DNA of 64,000 bases from the human T2T-CHM13v2.0 reference genome, Homo sapiens. Where the stretch lies: the NCBI RefSeq assembly GCF_009914755.1, contig NC_060944.1; one strand, 5' to 3'. The notes below the pieces were generated by a model, which was not told the origin of the DNA, searched no databases, and was given only the letters and a program-made list of their open reading frames with translations. How positions within the stretch are numbered: position 1 is the stretch's first letter; each line of letters opens with the position of its first letter. Below are positions 47,863 to 60,555 of the stretch, piece after piece. Made by a program: the position numbers and the translations under genes.

Positions 47863-48063
47863 GGGTTTCCTGACCTCAGCACTTGGGATTGGATAACTCT
47901 CTGTAGGGGCTGCCCTGTGCATTGTGGGGTACTTACCTGCATCCGTGGTCTCTGCCCAGTAGATGCCAGTAGCACCCACCCTGCCCAGTTGTGACAGCCA
48001 AGACCATCTCCAAACGTTGCCCCATCCCCTGGGGACAGAATTGCCCCCAGCTGAGAATCCCTG
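47863..48063 (-). mobile_element. MER20 hAT-Charlie DNA transposon
   Basis: GGGGCTGCCCTGTGCATTGT...TAGATGCCAGTAGCACCC...CCAGTTGTGACAGCCAA...CCCCTGGGG. Confidence 0.92.
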
Positions 48064-48956
48064 CATTTGAGTTAGAGGGGACCTGAATCAGGGGAGGTGG
48101 CTGCGGAGTTTAAGAGCCTCGCAGTCATGGGTGCTCACTGAGGGCCCAGGAGGCCTGGAGCCCTCACTCGGAAGCTGCTTGGGACAGTGGGATAGGCCTG
48201 TTACCAACATGGACCACAACCAGTCATTTAAGACAGTCAGGGAAACAAACGGGGAGGTGCCTTAGAGGCAAAGCTTCATTTAAAATAATGACATAAGACG
48301 TGTGGGTTGGAGATGGATGCAGAGAAGTGGAGTTTCCAGATGAGGATGTGGAGGTGGGAGTAGAAGGGCCTGGGTTCAAATCTCGACCCTGCCTATGCCA
48401 GCCGCTGGCTCACCCCACCTGCCACGCTGCACCCCACTCACCACACTGCGGCGCCTGCTTTTTCCTTGAGCATCTGGGACGTCTGTCATCAGCAGACAGC
48501 TGCTGGTTTCCGTGGCTGCCTTCCTAGGGGAGCATGGTGACAGCTTCCTGTCTGTTACCTTTCCCCACCCCATCACAAAGCCCCCTTTAAACTCCCGTTT
48601 AGAACAGTGATTGAAGGTGCTAATTTCACATTGTCTTCTTTATATAGATTACACCTTCCAAAGCCTTCAGAAATACCATTACAATGAAAACAATTTCAAG
48701 AGCAAATTGAATACCTAAAAAAGTATAATTAATCAAACCATATCAAGAGAGCCCGCAGGGTCATCAAGAGCTAGACCCAGCGGCCGTGTTGTCTTTCCTC
48801 TACATGAGCATCATTCGTGCAAAGTGCATCACAGCTGATTCTGAGGGAGGTTCTGACGTCACCACGCAGCCCTGGGGACCAGCCATCCCCAGGAGAAGGC
48901 TGGTTTTAGTGCATCACTGAGCGCAAAGTATTTTTGCAATCAGAAAATAAAAGGTA

Positions 48957-49185
48957 CCCAGAATCTGAGCAGGAAAGACACGGTTCCTAGAGCGAGGAAC
49001 ACCCCAGAATCTGAGCAGGAAGGACACGGTTCCTAGAGCGAGGAACACCCCAGAATCTGAGCAGGAAGGACACGGTTCCTAGAGCGAGGAACACCCCAGA
49101 ATCTGAGGAGGAAAGACACGGTTCCTAGAGCGAGGAACACCCCAGAATCTGAGCAGGAAAGACACGGTTCCTAGAGCGAGGAACA
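48957..49185. repeat. 46-bp minisatellite, 5 near-identical copies
   Basis: GAATCTGAG at 48961, 49007, 49053, 49099 and 49145 (exact period 46). Confidence 0.98.
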
Positions 49186-49199
49186 GTGCATCCACCATC

Positions 49200-49370
49200 A
49201 GATGCTGGTGTGCAAATCTGGTTCCAACGTTTCCTCGCTCCCTGTCTTTTGGCAAGTATCCTGTTCTCTCTGGAGCTGCATTTCCTCATCTGTGAAGTGA
49301 AGTGAGCACGGTTCACAGCTCAGAAGGCTGCTAGAAGGGTAAAACTCCATGACCCAAGCATCCGGTCAGT
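49200..49370 (+). mobile_element. MIR fragment
   Basis: TTGGCAAGT...CATTTCCTCATCTGTGAAGTG. Confidence 0.65.
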
Positions 49371-51256
49371 GTTCCCCAAAGCCGTCGTGCTAGGCCATGC
49401 TCACCTGGGGACCTCACCTCAGGAATCGGGAAGATACTAGCAGTCGCTAAGTGGCTTACTGAGAGAGGTCTAAATAAGTCCCACAATTTACTGTTCTTTC
49501 CCACAAGTCATCCTGAAAGCCATAGCAATGACTGTTGGACCCAAGGTATCCAATGACCAAGTCCCAGCATCGGGCAGACATGGAGTCAGGGCTTGTTGGT
49601 CACTGAATCCCTCTCTGGAATCACAGATGCACCCCAGGAGAGAGGCTTAGCTCACAGCAAGGAACCTGGCTTTCTCCCTTCCCCAGCTCCCCCTGATCCA
49701 GACAGGAGTGAGGATGTCTGAAGGGTTGTGTCCACCAAATGGCCTCCAAGGCCAGGCAGCCAGGAGACCAAGCCTCAGTGGCCAAACCTGGGATCTCTGG
49801 AATCGAGATCCTCAGCTTGATGACAGGGACAAAGAGAGGAAAAGACAAAGTCAACTTCGAGGGCAAAAAGACTTCAGAAGAACTGGACCAGGGGCCCAGG
49901 GAAAGCAGTGGTGAATTCTCTGTTGAGGAGAAAACAGAGCCAGGTTTACAAAGAGCTGCAGGGCATGTTTGCAGAAGGAAGAAGAGTCGGGGCATTCTGA
50001 GCTCTAGGGAGCCGACGCTGGCATGGGGGATAGTACAGACCCGCTCGGAGAGCCCCTCACCGCCTGCCAGGCGCCCCTTGATCCCAGAAACACCATCTGC
50101 AGAACCTGCAGCATAGGAGGCCAGGAAACAGATAGAGCAGTTGACTGGGGCCACAGAATAACTGGCAGGTGAGCTGAACCCAGTTAATTATAATCGCAGA
50201 CACATTGTAAGGCCCAGAACCCAAGTTGAGCAAGAGGGGCTTTTGTTTCCGAGTCATGGGGCTAGGGAGATTCCTGGGCCTCTCGTGTTGCCCTTTGAGG
50301 CTGAAGTGTCTAATAGGACGTGTAAGAATCCCCACAAAACTCACCAGGGCGGGACGAGAGGGAAGCACCTCTCCCGAGCTGTGCATGGACTATCTGTGAG
50401 GTCTCCAGAGGCACCCGGACCCAGGCGTGATCCTAGTCTGCTCACTCGACCGCAGGGAGGGAGAGGCATTTTGACCAAGTTTGTTTCTCTGTGGATTTAA
50501 TTAGTATATTCATTCAACATTCAAATATTTAAGGAGTTTTTTTTTCTTTCTCCATGACATCAGAAATCTCTGACATTTGCTGAACCAGCTTGGCATCTTT
50601 ATTATGGATTTGGATGTGAGGCGTCCACAGTTTTGAGCAGTCTGCGTGATAGTTTGTTCCAAAGAGCGCATGTGGGAGTCGGAAGCATGACAAACACAGG
50701 GCTATATTAGGGTCAGGAATAACGATCATCTGCTTATCATGAGAACAAATATCAGCAGATCAATGAAAACAAATCTCAAAGCAGCGAAAACAACATGATT
50801 TTCAAGAGGAAAAAACGGGGTTTTTAAATTTTGTTTTTCAGGATTGCTTTTAGACTTGGTTGTATGAGCAGACACCGTTCAGATGCTTGCAGCCTCCACA
50901 CTTCACAAAATTAATGTCGTAACAGACCCAAGAGTTACCATCATGGGTTCATCTTCTGAGCCCCGTGTTCACCTTCAGCACAGGGCAGTTATACCACATC
51001 ATCTGTACTTACCAGATAAGGATGCCAAGGCTCAAGGAGACTGTGACCTACCAGGGTCTATAGCTGAGCTATCACTTGGCCCGAGTTTTCCATTCGCACA
51101 TCATGTAACCTTGACTTCTCGTCCCACCTCGTAGGGTTGCTGTGAGGATCCAACAGGACCTGACCAGCTAGGAAGTGCTGCACCCACGTTAGCGCCCCTG
51201 CTGAGTGCTGGGCTGGCATGGGCCATTCACTGCACAGCAAGGCACACTTAGCCCCT

Positions 51257-51480
51257 GCAATATTTGAGCACTTACCGTGTGTCTGGCCGAGTCCTGGGTT
51301 CAGGGGTTGTAGCAGGGAACAGAAGAGACCGAGACCCTGCCCTTGGGAAGGGGACATTCTAGAGGTGGCAGTGGGAGAGTTGTTAACCAGAATTGAACTG
51401 TCGACTGGGTCAGGGAACGGCGGAGCAGGCCAAGGGGTGGGGGTCAGTTTTAAATGGGACGTCAGAGCAGAGGGAATCAG
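51257..51480 (-). mobile_element. L2 fragment
   Basis: AATATTTGAGCACTTACCGTGTGTCTGG...GAGACCCTGCCCTTGGGAAG...ACATTCTAG. Confidence 0.7.
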
Positions 51481-52552
51481 CTGGAGGCGACCTCTGCACC
51501 CTCCAAAGACGACCTGGAGCTGCAGAGGCCAGTTTCACTGGTCTCATTGCACTGTCACCTGCGTTTTCTGTCTGGCCTTGATGTGGGGGCATTACTTTGG
51601 GCTCATGAGCCAAGAATGTGTGTGTGTGTGCACGTGACTTGCAGAAGCAGAAGGAGAAGCACCCGTGTTCCCGAAGTCAGTGCGTTGTGGGGGGTGGGGG
51701 TGGCACAGAAGGGGTTGGAGAGGATGGACGGGTTCACTGCCTAACAGGGACAGGGCAGAAGCTCCTCTGTGAGCTGGCTGGCGCCCGGCCTTGCCAGTCC
51801 ATTCTGCTGGGTCAGGCCTTTTTCCACGCCCGGGCTTAGCTAACGTAGGCAGCAGGTCTGCTTCTGCACCCAGCAGCAGGTGGTCCTGGAGCCGGAGACA
51901 GCTTGGTTGCTCGTGTTGAGTGAACAGGAAGGAATGTGTAACTTGTCACCTCCACCTATAGATTTTAGAATGATAGGAAGGCAGCCATTGTAACTCAGAG
52001 CCTCCTGAATTTTTTAAATTGCGCTCGAAGGGTCAGAAGCACTGAATTCAGGCCAGAGAATGAGCAACTCTAGAAAACATGTTTGTTTTCTGCCCTTGCC
52101 TCCTGGTTCTTTGAGAGCCACTGAAAATCAGGGCTTCAGAATCCTCTTCCGAATCCTGTAGGGGGGCGGACCCTACCCTGGCTCACACGGTGGCAAGAGG
52201 AGCCTCAGCTCCAATCACTGAACCAGACAAGCTTTAGGGGAAAAGAGTCAGAAGAAGCGTGTTTTGGAGGAGGGTGGGTGGGTGCTGAGAAAGGCCTATC
52301 AGCTCAGCGGCTTCTGGGGGCAGCAGGAGAGGGGCACACGCATGATAAATTCTGTCTAGACACAGGTTGGAGGACCCGTTCCAGGGGTGTGTCCTCTGGG
52401 GATCAGGCCAGTGGTTCAAGGTGAGCAAACCAGGGAACCGTCTGCTGGAAACCTGACTGTGCCAGAGTTCCACCCAGAACTTCCCAGGGTGTTGGTGGCA
52501 CTTAGGTGCCAGCCTGCCTGCCGGCTTCAGGCCCGTGGGACAGCAGGGAACA

Positions 52553-52770
52553 CTCAGGTCTCCCCCTTGGCACAGTGAATGCTCAAGACGTTCTCCGCTC
52601 ATTGGCTGGGGTGGGGACCTCTGTGCTCTGTGGGGTGTTCCGCAGCCTCCCCACCTCCACCCCTGGGGATGCCAGGAGCACCCTGCCCCTAATGTGACAA
52701 TCAAAAAGGTCACCAGACATCGCCAAGTGTCCCCTGCGGAGCAGATGTGCCCGCATGAAGAGCTCTTTGT
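52553..52770 (-). mobile_element. MER20 (more diverged copy)
   Basis: GATGCCAGGAGCACCC...TGTGACAATCAAAAAGGTCACCAGACATCGCCAAGTGTCCCCTG. Confidence 0.8.
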
Positions 52771-55700
52771 GTCGACCATGACTGCTTTTTGTTTTTATAA
52801 ATGGGGAAGCGGACGGGCAGAGAGGGCACCCCAGGAAGGTCCTTTGTGTGCCTGGTAGAGCTGAGGCCCCCTGGTTGGGACAGCAGTGCCTCCCACCACC
52901 CGACTCGACTTGAGGCCCAGGCACTTGGTGTCATGCAGGGGTGTCCAGACGGCCTGGTGCAGGATCCCTTTGATGTGGAGGAGGGTGGGTCCCTGCCCGC
53001 TAGGGTGGGGCAGGGTGGTTCTGTGAGAGGCGGCCACTTCTAGCCCTTCGTCCTTTCTCCCTTTTGTGTCGGTGTCCCCCAGCGAGGCCCAGGACTTGTT
53101 CTCACCCCTCCCTTCCCTGCAGGCCAGCCGCCTCCTGGGCCCCCTGGCCTTCCCCATGGCCTTTCAGGGGTCTGCGCCCCACCTCCTCACACAGCACAAA
53201 GCCAACGTGCCCCACCAGGAATTCCCACCTCACCCCTGTGGCCCAGCCATTCTCCCGTGTGGGGACGCGTGGACACAACCCTGAGGAGGCTGGGTTTCTT
53301 CTGGCATCGCCGCAGACATCCTCCTGCTGACCCAAGCCCCGAAGCCCGCAGCTTCCTGAGCTATTTGTGTCTCATTCACATGTGCGGTTTCCCCTTCCCA
53401 GGACCCCCGGCTGCTGCGTCGGCCTGAAAACACACACAGGTGCTGAGGTCTCGTAGAGATGGTGCCGCCTGCCGTGCCACGGTTTTCCTCACTGCCGCCC
53501 CCACCCCTCTGCACATGGAACCGGGCACCCCCACCCCTGTGCTCAGCCAGTCACTGCTCTGTCAAAGCGACTTCAGGGATCACCTGCCTGCAGCTGGCTT
53601 CCCCACTGCACTTTGGGTTTGCCAGCTCATTCATTCATTCATTCATTCATTCCTCTGCTTGCCCTTCTAAGCCTGGCTTTACAAACTCGTATTTTCTCCA
53701 CATTCATTAAAGGCAGAGAGCATGAGGCCGAGCTCCTGCCCTGCCAGGAGGTCAGGTGCCCTTGCTGCTACAGGAGAACGCCGTCCACCAGGCAGCAGGG
53801 CCTCCAGCCCCACAGGCCGGGCATCTGGAGTTTCTCCAGGTCCTGTGGGGGATGGCCCGGGTGCACCCCGCCCAGCGGGTCTGTTGAATGCAGCTGCCAG
53901 GCTAGACTCACGCCCACTGACTTGGGATGTCACACAGAGGCTTGCAGCCAAGAAGACAGAGCCTGCTCCCCAGCCCTGCCTCTGCACCCCAGGTCGTCTC
54001 TGGACACCAGCCACATCATGGGCACAGACAAGTGTGTGGGGACATGAGGAATGGATGATGGGCCCCTCTCCTTCCTGGCTTGCACATTCCTTTAGGGTAG
54101 GATGGTGTCTCGCTTTCATATCTCATCACCATCCCTGGCCGTGCGCTGCATACAGTGGAGGCTTGATAAATGCTTAATGAGCGTGTGCCGGCAAGTGCCT
54201 CTCAGCCAAGGCATCTCGCAAGCTTCCCAGGCTCTCTCTGCGGGAGCCGCCTCTGATCTGCACAGGCAGGCAGGAGCTTGGCCACGCAGGTTCAGCTGCA
54301 GTCCCCAGAGCAGCTGCCGCTTTGCATAGCTGCGCCGTGGAGAGCAGAGAGGGGCTGGGAGGAGGCACGTGCTTGTCTTGTGAAGGAGGTCAGAAATGGC
54401 CACTGGAAGGCCAGGCGGTGCAGGCCAGGGAGCCCCCTGTGGCTCCGTGCACCCAGCCCAGCCCCCCAGCCAGAGCCCTCCAGGAAGCCTCTGGCCAAAA
54501 GCTTTGACTCCAGCCAGAGTCCCTGGGAGCAGCCGGCAGGGAGAGCTGGAGACAGATGTTTTGAGAGCTCACTGATGCCAGAAATGAAATAAAAAAAAAA
54601 TAATTAAGAGCTTGGACTCCAAAGGTCTAGGGATTAAAATTCCCCAAGGCAAAAATGAGCTGTAATCAAAGGAATGGTGGGCTGTTATCTGTCCTCCACA
54701 CTTGTCGCCCTGGCACGTGTGGTTGGCTTTAATTATTGATATTTCTTTTTAAGTTAAAGATGAATTTGAGACAGCTGCGAACTTGGACAGTTGATCTTCC
54801 AGTGACAGGGAAACCTGTTAATAATGATCACTTAAGGCGGCCACGGTTTTTCCAGCCTTAACAGAGGTGGCCAGAGCCATGGAGAAGAATCTAGGAGCCC
54901 CAGACAAGCTAGGCTGCCCTGTCCCTGCCAAAAACTGTCCCACGCGGCTCCCTGCCCCCATGGGAAGGTGCTCGGTGCCCAGCGTGTCCAGGTTCCGTCC
55001 TCCCTGCAGCCTGGAGCCTGAGTCCGATGCGGCCCCTTCCTTAGACGGTCTTCAGGCCTCTGCAAATGGAACCAGCTGAACAGGAGGCAGAGGGTGAGAG
55101 TCAGGGAGTCCCCTGTGACTCAGCGCAAGGAGTCAGGGAGACATGACCTGTGGCTCGGAGGACAGCTGACTGCCTTGTCCCAGCTTTCCACCTCTGCCTG
55201 GGCTCCGAGGCGGTGCGAGGCCTCTCACATTGCTCCCTGACACCCAGGGAGCCTGGCAGAGGCAGCATCAGCCCCAGAAGGTGCCGCCGCTTACAGCCAT
55301 GAACACAGGATGCAGAGCAGTGCTCGGAGGCAAATCCACCCCAGTCCCTCTTGGACCTCAGCCACCATCCCCAGCCAGCCCAGTCAGGCGTCTGCCAGCT
55401 GCCAGTTATGCCTTGGTGTGTGTGCAGTGCATGTTGCATCCTCCTAACACTTCTGTACTGTGACCTCATGGCTGTACCTGATACACCTGGGAGTAGGACT
55501 TGGGCTTGAAGAGTCTGCCTGGGCGCCCGCTCACACCAGCCACTGGGGCCCCAGGATGCTCTTGACCACAGTCAGCAGGGAAGGGCGAAGTGTCAGAGAT
55601 CCCCAGGACTCTGCGTGGCTCAGGGCTTGTGGTTTAGCTCAACATGGGACGCTCAGCGGGGCAGGTCAGGCAGGGCCTTGGTTTGGGGCTCACACCTGCT

Positions 55701-56557
55701 GGGAAGGGCACGGCCACACCTGCAGGCCCCTGGCTGTGGGATCCAGGCTCCCCGTTTTGCACTGCTCTTGCATGGGGCTTCAGCGCCTTCCTTCTCCTCT
55801 TGGGGAAGAAGTCACATTTGGTTGGAAGTTAGCTTATATTGTGATTTAAAATTCTCCCAGAGTCCAAGACACTCCAGGATCCCAAAGTTAGTGTTGGCAA
55901 GAACCAACTTATGGATTATAATTCTTGGTCATGTTCAGATCCTCCCTGATACCCATTTGAAACTGAAATGACTCTCTGGGTAGAAATAGGTAGAAAACAG
56001 GGTTCAGTTATTCATTCACCAAACCCGTCCAGAGCCCTTCAGTTGCTGGGGCTGGGGTAGAGCATGAACGGGGCCCTTGCTACATTTCTGTGCCCGTGGG
56101 AAGGTAGACGGGTGAAACCCACAGTTACTGACAAGGGAGACACAAGGTAAGAAGGAAGTGAGCAGGGATAGGAGGTGGGCGTGCCCCAGGAAATCCTGGA
56201 GGGCCTCTCTGAGGAGGTGACATTGACTGAGGAATGAGACAGGATCTAACGTGTGAGGACAGAGGAGAAGTCCAGAGGTTCCCAGTGGTCTGCAGTTCTG
56301 CCTGCTAAGCACCGCTGTGTCCAAGGTGTTCGAGCTGGGACTGGGGATGCACAGGGGAAGCATAAGACAGCGTGGCTCCCCTGGAGGCCCCTGACTCTCC
56401 CACCGTGATGGCTGCTAGGCGTTTCCGTCTGTGTCCACTGTGCATGTCACCATAGTGCTGGGGACGCAGAGCTGTCCCGTTTGGAAGAAAACTATGGACT
56501 GGAGCCAGGGCTTCAAGTTCGGTGGGGCTTGGTTGCTTTGTTTAAAAGTGGGGCCAT

Positions 56558-56856
56558 GGCTGGGTGCAGTGGCTCACATCTGTAATCCCACTTTGGGAGA
56601 CCGAGGAGGGCAGATCATCTGAGGTCAGGGATTCGAAACCAGCCTGGCCAACATGGCGAAAACCCCTCTCTACTAAAAATACAAAAATTAGCTAGGCTGG
56701 GTGTAGTGGCATGTGCCTATAATCCCAGCTACTCAGGAGGCTGAAGCAGGAGAATCGCTTAACCTCGGGGGCAGAGGTTGCAGTGAGCCGAGATCACGCC
56801 ACTGCTCTCTAGCATGGGCAACAAAGCAAAACTCCATCTCTAAAAAAGAAAAAAAA
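56558..56856 (+). mobile_element. AluS inserted in a MER5A-like fragment
   Basis: Full Alu; TSD AAAAGTGGGGC / AAGAGTGGGGC; the right flank GTGGGGCTCAGGAATCTGCATT is MER5A-like. Confidence 0.95.
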
Positions 56857-58049
56857 GAGTGGGGCTCAGGAATCTGCATTCTCAGGTGCACCCCTGAGAT
56901 TCTGACTCAGACTCCATGAACCACCCCTGAGGAGCACCCTCTTGGCTGGCTTCTGCCATTGTCTGCCACAGCAGCTTTTGTTCTACTGGGAAGTGGCTGA
57001 AGGTGTGGACAGCAGTGGGGGTGGCACGCGTCCTCCGGCCGGTAGTAAGTGAATGGGGCCCTCAGGAGGCGTGTCCTCCCTTGCAACTGCAGACCACAAG
57101 ACGGCGCCTCCCCACCCAGCCGCTGCCATAAGGAGCCAGGTGTGGGTGGAGCCACGCAGGTTATTTCCATCTGACAGTGGGGCACCATCCAGTGCATCGT
57201 GAAGGCTGCGCAGGTGGCTGTCGGGATGATGCCAGGCTCTGCTGACACGTCAGATCATCCGGGATGCGCTGGCACACACGTGTAGCCTCCTGTGATGTGC
57301 ACAGCACACCGGGGCAGGCTCTGAGTTTGCTTGCTTGAGTTTGGAGTCTCCACCAGTGCAACCTTCAGAAGAAATGCTCCTGGGGCGGAGAGTGAAGCGC
57401 AGGGCACATGCATTCAGTGCAGGCTGTGAAGGAGCATGTTGGGATGGGGCTTGTTTGCTTGAAAACAGAAATTCAGTTGGAGGCCTTGCCCTGCCTATCT
57501 GGAGTGTGGCTCCTGAGCTGTGCACTTATACAATACCCACTGTATCACCCCCAACAATCGACCCTGTGCTTTTCAGCAAAACAGTGTCACCGATCCTTCC
57601 AACTCACCACCCACAGGTGCCAGGATAAGTGTGACCCTTGCCCCATTAAAGGATGGAAGCGTCATTAACGCCGGGCCTCCGGGAAATGACTTTCACACAG
57701 GGAACCTCAAGGCTGCTGGAGGCATACCAGCCCGGCTTCCCCCTCCCGGGCTGGGTGGTCTCTCCTTTGTAGAGGCAGCCCCCACTCTACCCTCCACCCA
57801 CTCCACCCACTCGTCTGCTCACATCCATCCATTTCCCCACCTCTCTTTCCATCTCCCCACACACCCACCCTTCCTCCCCTCTCACTTCCCCCATGTACCT
57901 GACAAGCCACCAACCAGCCACTCACTCATTCATCCTTTTACCCTTCACCCATCCATCCCTCTACTCACCCACTGACCCGTCTGCCTATCTGTACTCCCCT
58001 GTGCACCACCCGCTTCCTCTTCCTCTCCTCCTCTCCCCACCCTCCCACC

Positions 58050-58775
58050 CTCCCACCCTCCCACCCACTCACTTCTCCATCCACTCACCCATCCACCTGT
58101 CCATCCATCAACTTACCTATTGGCTTTACGTTGTCTCTCTATCCATCTTCTTATCCTCCCATACAACCATATACCCACCCATCCATCTTCCCATCCATCT
58201 ACCCATCCATTCCTCCATCTACCCTTCCATTCCTCCATCCATTTATCCATCCATCCATCTCTTCATTCACCCATCCATCTATCCATCTATCTGTTCATCT
58301 ATCCATCCATCCATCCGTCCATTCACCCACCCATTCATGCATCCTCCCATCCATCCACCCATTCATCCACCCATCCATCCACCCATCCATCCTCCATCCA
58401 TTCATCCATCCTTCCATCTCTTCATTCATTCATTCATCCATCCATCTATCCATCTATTTATTCATCTGTCCATCTACCCATCCACTCATGCATCCTCCCA
58501 TCCATCCACTCATGCATGCAACTCTCCATTCATCTATCCATCTCTTCATTCATTCATCCATCCATCTATCCATGTATCTATTCATCTATTCATCCATCCA
58601 TCCACCCACCCACTCATGCATCCAAACATCCATCCTCCCATCCATTCATCCATCTATCCATCAGTTTATTCACCCATTCATCCTATCCATCCACCCATGC
58701 ATCTGTCTATCCTTCCACCTATCTGTCCATCTATCCATCAATGTATCCACCCATTCATCCCATCCACCCATCACC
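58050..58775. repeat. Compound (CCAT)n/(CATT)n/(CTAT)n array
   Basis: Directly visible; generates the 352-aa H/P/S/I pseudo-ORF. Confidence 0.97.
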
Positions 58776-58825
58776 AAGTTCCAAAACATGTAAGACAGCC
58801 TAGATCTTCCCGGAGACCATCTATC

Positions 58826-59020
58826 ATGGTGGTAAAAAGCATGGTTTCTGGCAGCAAGGGTGAGTTGTACAACCTTCCTGCACCCCAGTTTCTTCATCTG
58901 GGAAAGGAAGTGACAGGAGCACCTGCCTCTTGGGGTTCTGGGGAGAACTGACGAGACCGTCAATGTGATGCCCCTGCACAGAGCTCAGTCCAGGGCTGGT
59001 GCTCAGTGATGTAGCCTGCA
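58826..59020 (+). mobile_element. MIR fragment
   Basis: TGGTGGTAAAAAGCATGG...CCCCAGTTTCTTCATCTG. Confidence 0.65.
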
Positions 59021-59199
59021 GTTAATGTGCACTGAGTGCCATCTCCCCCCCAGCTGTCCATACTGTGCTCTTTAAACACAGAGACATCTAGTTGCTCTCA
59101 GAAACACGAGGGCTTTCTGTTGTTTAATAGCAGGAGACTCTGATGGAAAATCCCAGTTCAGATTTTAAAACACCACCACCAATCCCAAATGAGTTTTCA

Positions 59200-59390
59200 A
59201 GGCGGGTTCTGCTTCTCTCTGCAAGTGAAACCTACGGCAAGTCAGTGTTTCAGACCCAGCTACAGCCCGGTTTTTCCATCTCTAACAGGGAGGTGCTATT
59301 ATTTACCTGATCCAACTCAGTGGGTTGTTTAGGATTAAACGAGTGACACATTTCATGAAAGGGCTCTGCAAACCGTAAAGCTCTGTAAGC
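59200..59390 (+). mobile_element. MIR (MIRc/MIR3-like) fragment
   Basis: GGTTGTTTAGGATTAAACGAG...GAAAGGGCTCTGCAAACCGTAAAGCTCTG. Confidence 0.65.
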
Positions 59391-59850
59391 AGCTCAGGGC
59401 ATGGGCCACCCCCAGCCACACGGACAGGGAGAGCCTCTTCACCCTGCATACCCCTCCTTCCTGTGTGTGGACAGAAATGGGCTCATTTACGCACTGAACA
59501 CACACGCAGCACCTTCCGAGCCCCCAGAAGGAATGGTGAAACAAAGGGAGGATGAGACAGTCCCGTGGAGCTCGGGGTAGGTGCCTAACACCACGACAGC
59601 TCAGGCAGAGAGCAGTCACCCCACACAGCACCCCACACCGGTGACCCTGACTTCCGCGAGTGTTCTCCACACCCATAGATCTGCAGCTTTAAAGCAACAA
59701 TGCCCAGAGGCTGCGGGGCAGGACCCCCACCTGGATCATTGGGGGCTGGAGCAGACTTTGCAGGAAGCATCTGTGGCCTCCTGTGCCCATCGCAGCAATG
59801 TGTGTGTGGCACCCACCACTCCTGGGCCGCCCCAGCCCGTTGCTGGGAGC

Positions 59851-60555
59851 TTTTTTCCCACTGTGGTAAACTACACTTAACATAAGCGTTCGTTTTAACA
59901 CTTTGAAGCGCAGAGCTCTGCGGCGTTAGTGTATTCACATAGCTGTGCGGACATCACCTCCTCCAGAATTCTTTTTCCTAAAATAAAATTCTGTCCCCAT
60001 TAAACACAAACTTCCCACTTCCCCTCCTGCCAGGCCCTGGCAACCGCTGTTCCACTGTCCGTCTCTGTGATTTTGACTGCACTATGCTCACATAAATGGA
60101 ACCTTATAATAATTGCCCTCTTGTGACCGGCTTATTTCACTTAGCATGATAATGTTCCGAAGCGTGTGTCGGAATTGCCTTCCTTTGTAAGTCTGAGTGG
60201 TTGCCATTCTATGTAGAGGCGGCACTTTGCTTTCACGCCCGTCTGCCCGTGGACACTGGGTTGGTTGCAGCCACATTTTGGTGATGTGAACGGTGCTGCT
60301 GTGAGCGTGGGGTGCAGACCTCTCTTCGGGTCCTGCTTCCTGTTCCTTATGATGTCTGCTGAGAAGTTGAATTGCTGGACCCGGCAGTACTCTAGGTTTA
60401 ATTGTGTAAGGAACTCCAAGCTGTTTTCCACAGGGGCCTCACGGTTCCACATCCCCACCAGCGATGCACAAGGCGTCCCCTTTCTCCCAATCCTTGCCAA
60501 CACTTGTGAATGTCTGTTTTTTTATAATAGCCATCCTAAGGATTGTGAAATGGTG
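59851..60555 (-). mobile_element. L1MB (L1MB3-like) 3' end
   Basis: TGTCCCCATTAAACAC...GGCTTATTTCACTTAGCAT...CCCACCAGCGATGCACAAGG...TATAATAGCCATCCTAA. Confidence 0.9.

Noticed and set aside
48957-49185. CRISPR-like array of hairpin repeats
   Set aside because: Units are head-to-tail with no unique spacers, there are no cas genes, and the DNA is primate.
57893-58951. 352-aa ORF, the longest in the track
   Set aside because: It is the translation of the (CCAT)n array; low-complexity H/P/S/I and open in several frames.
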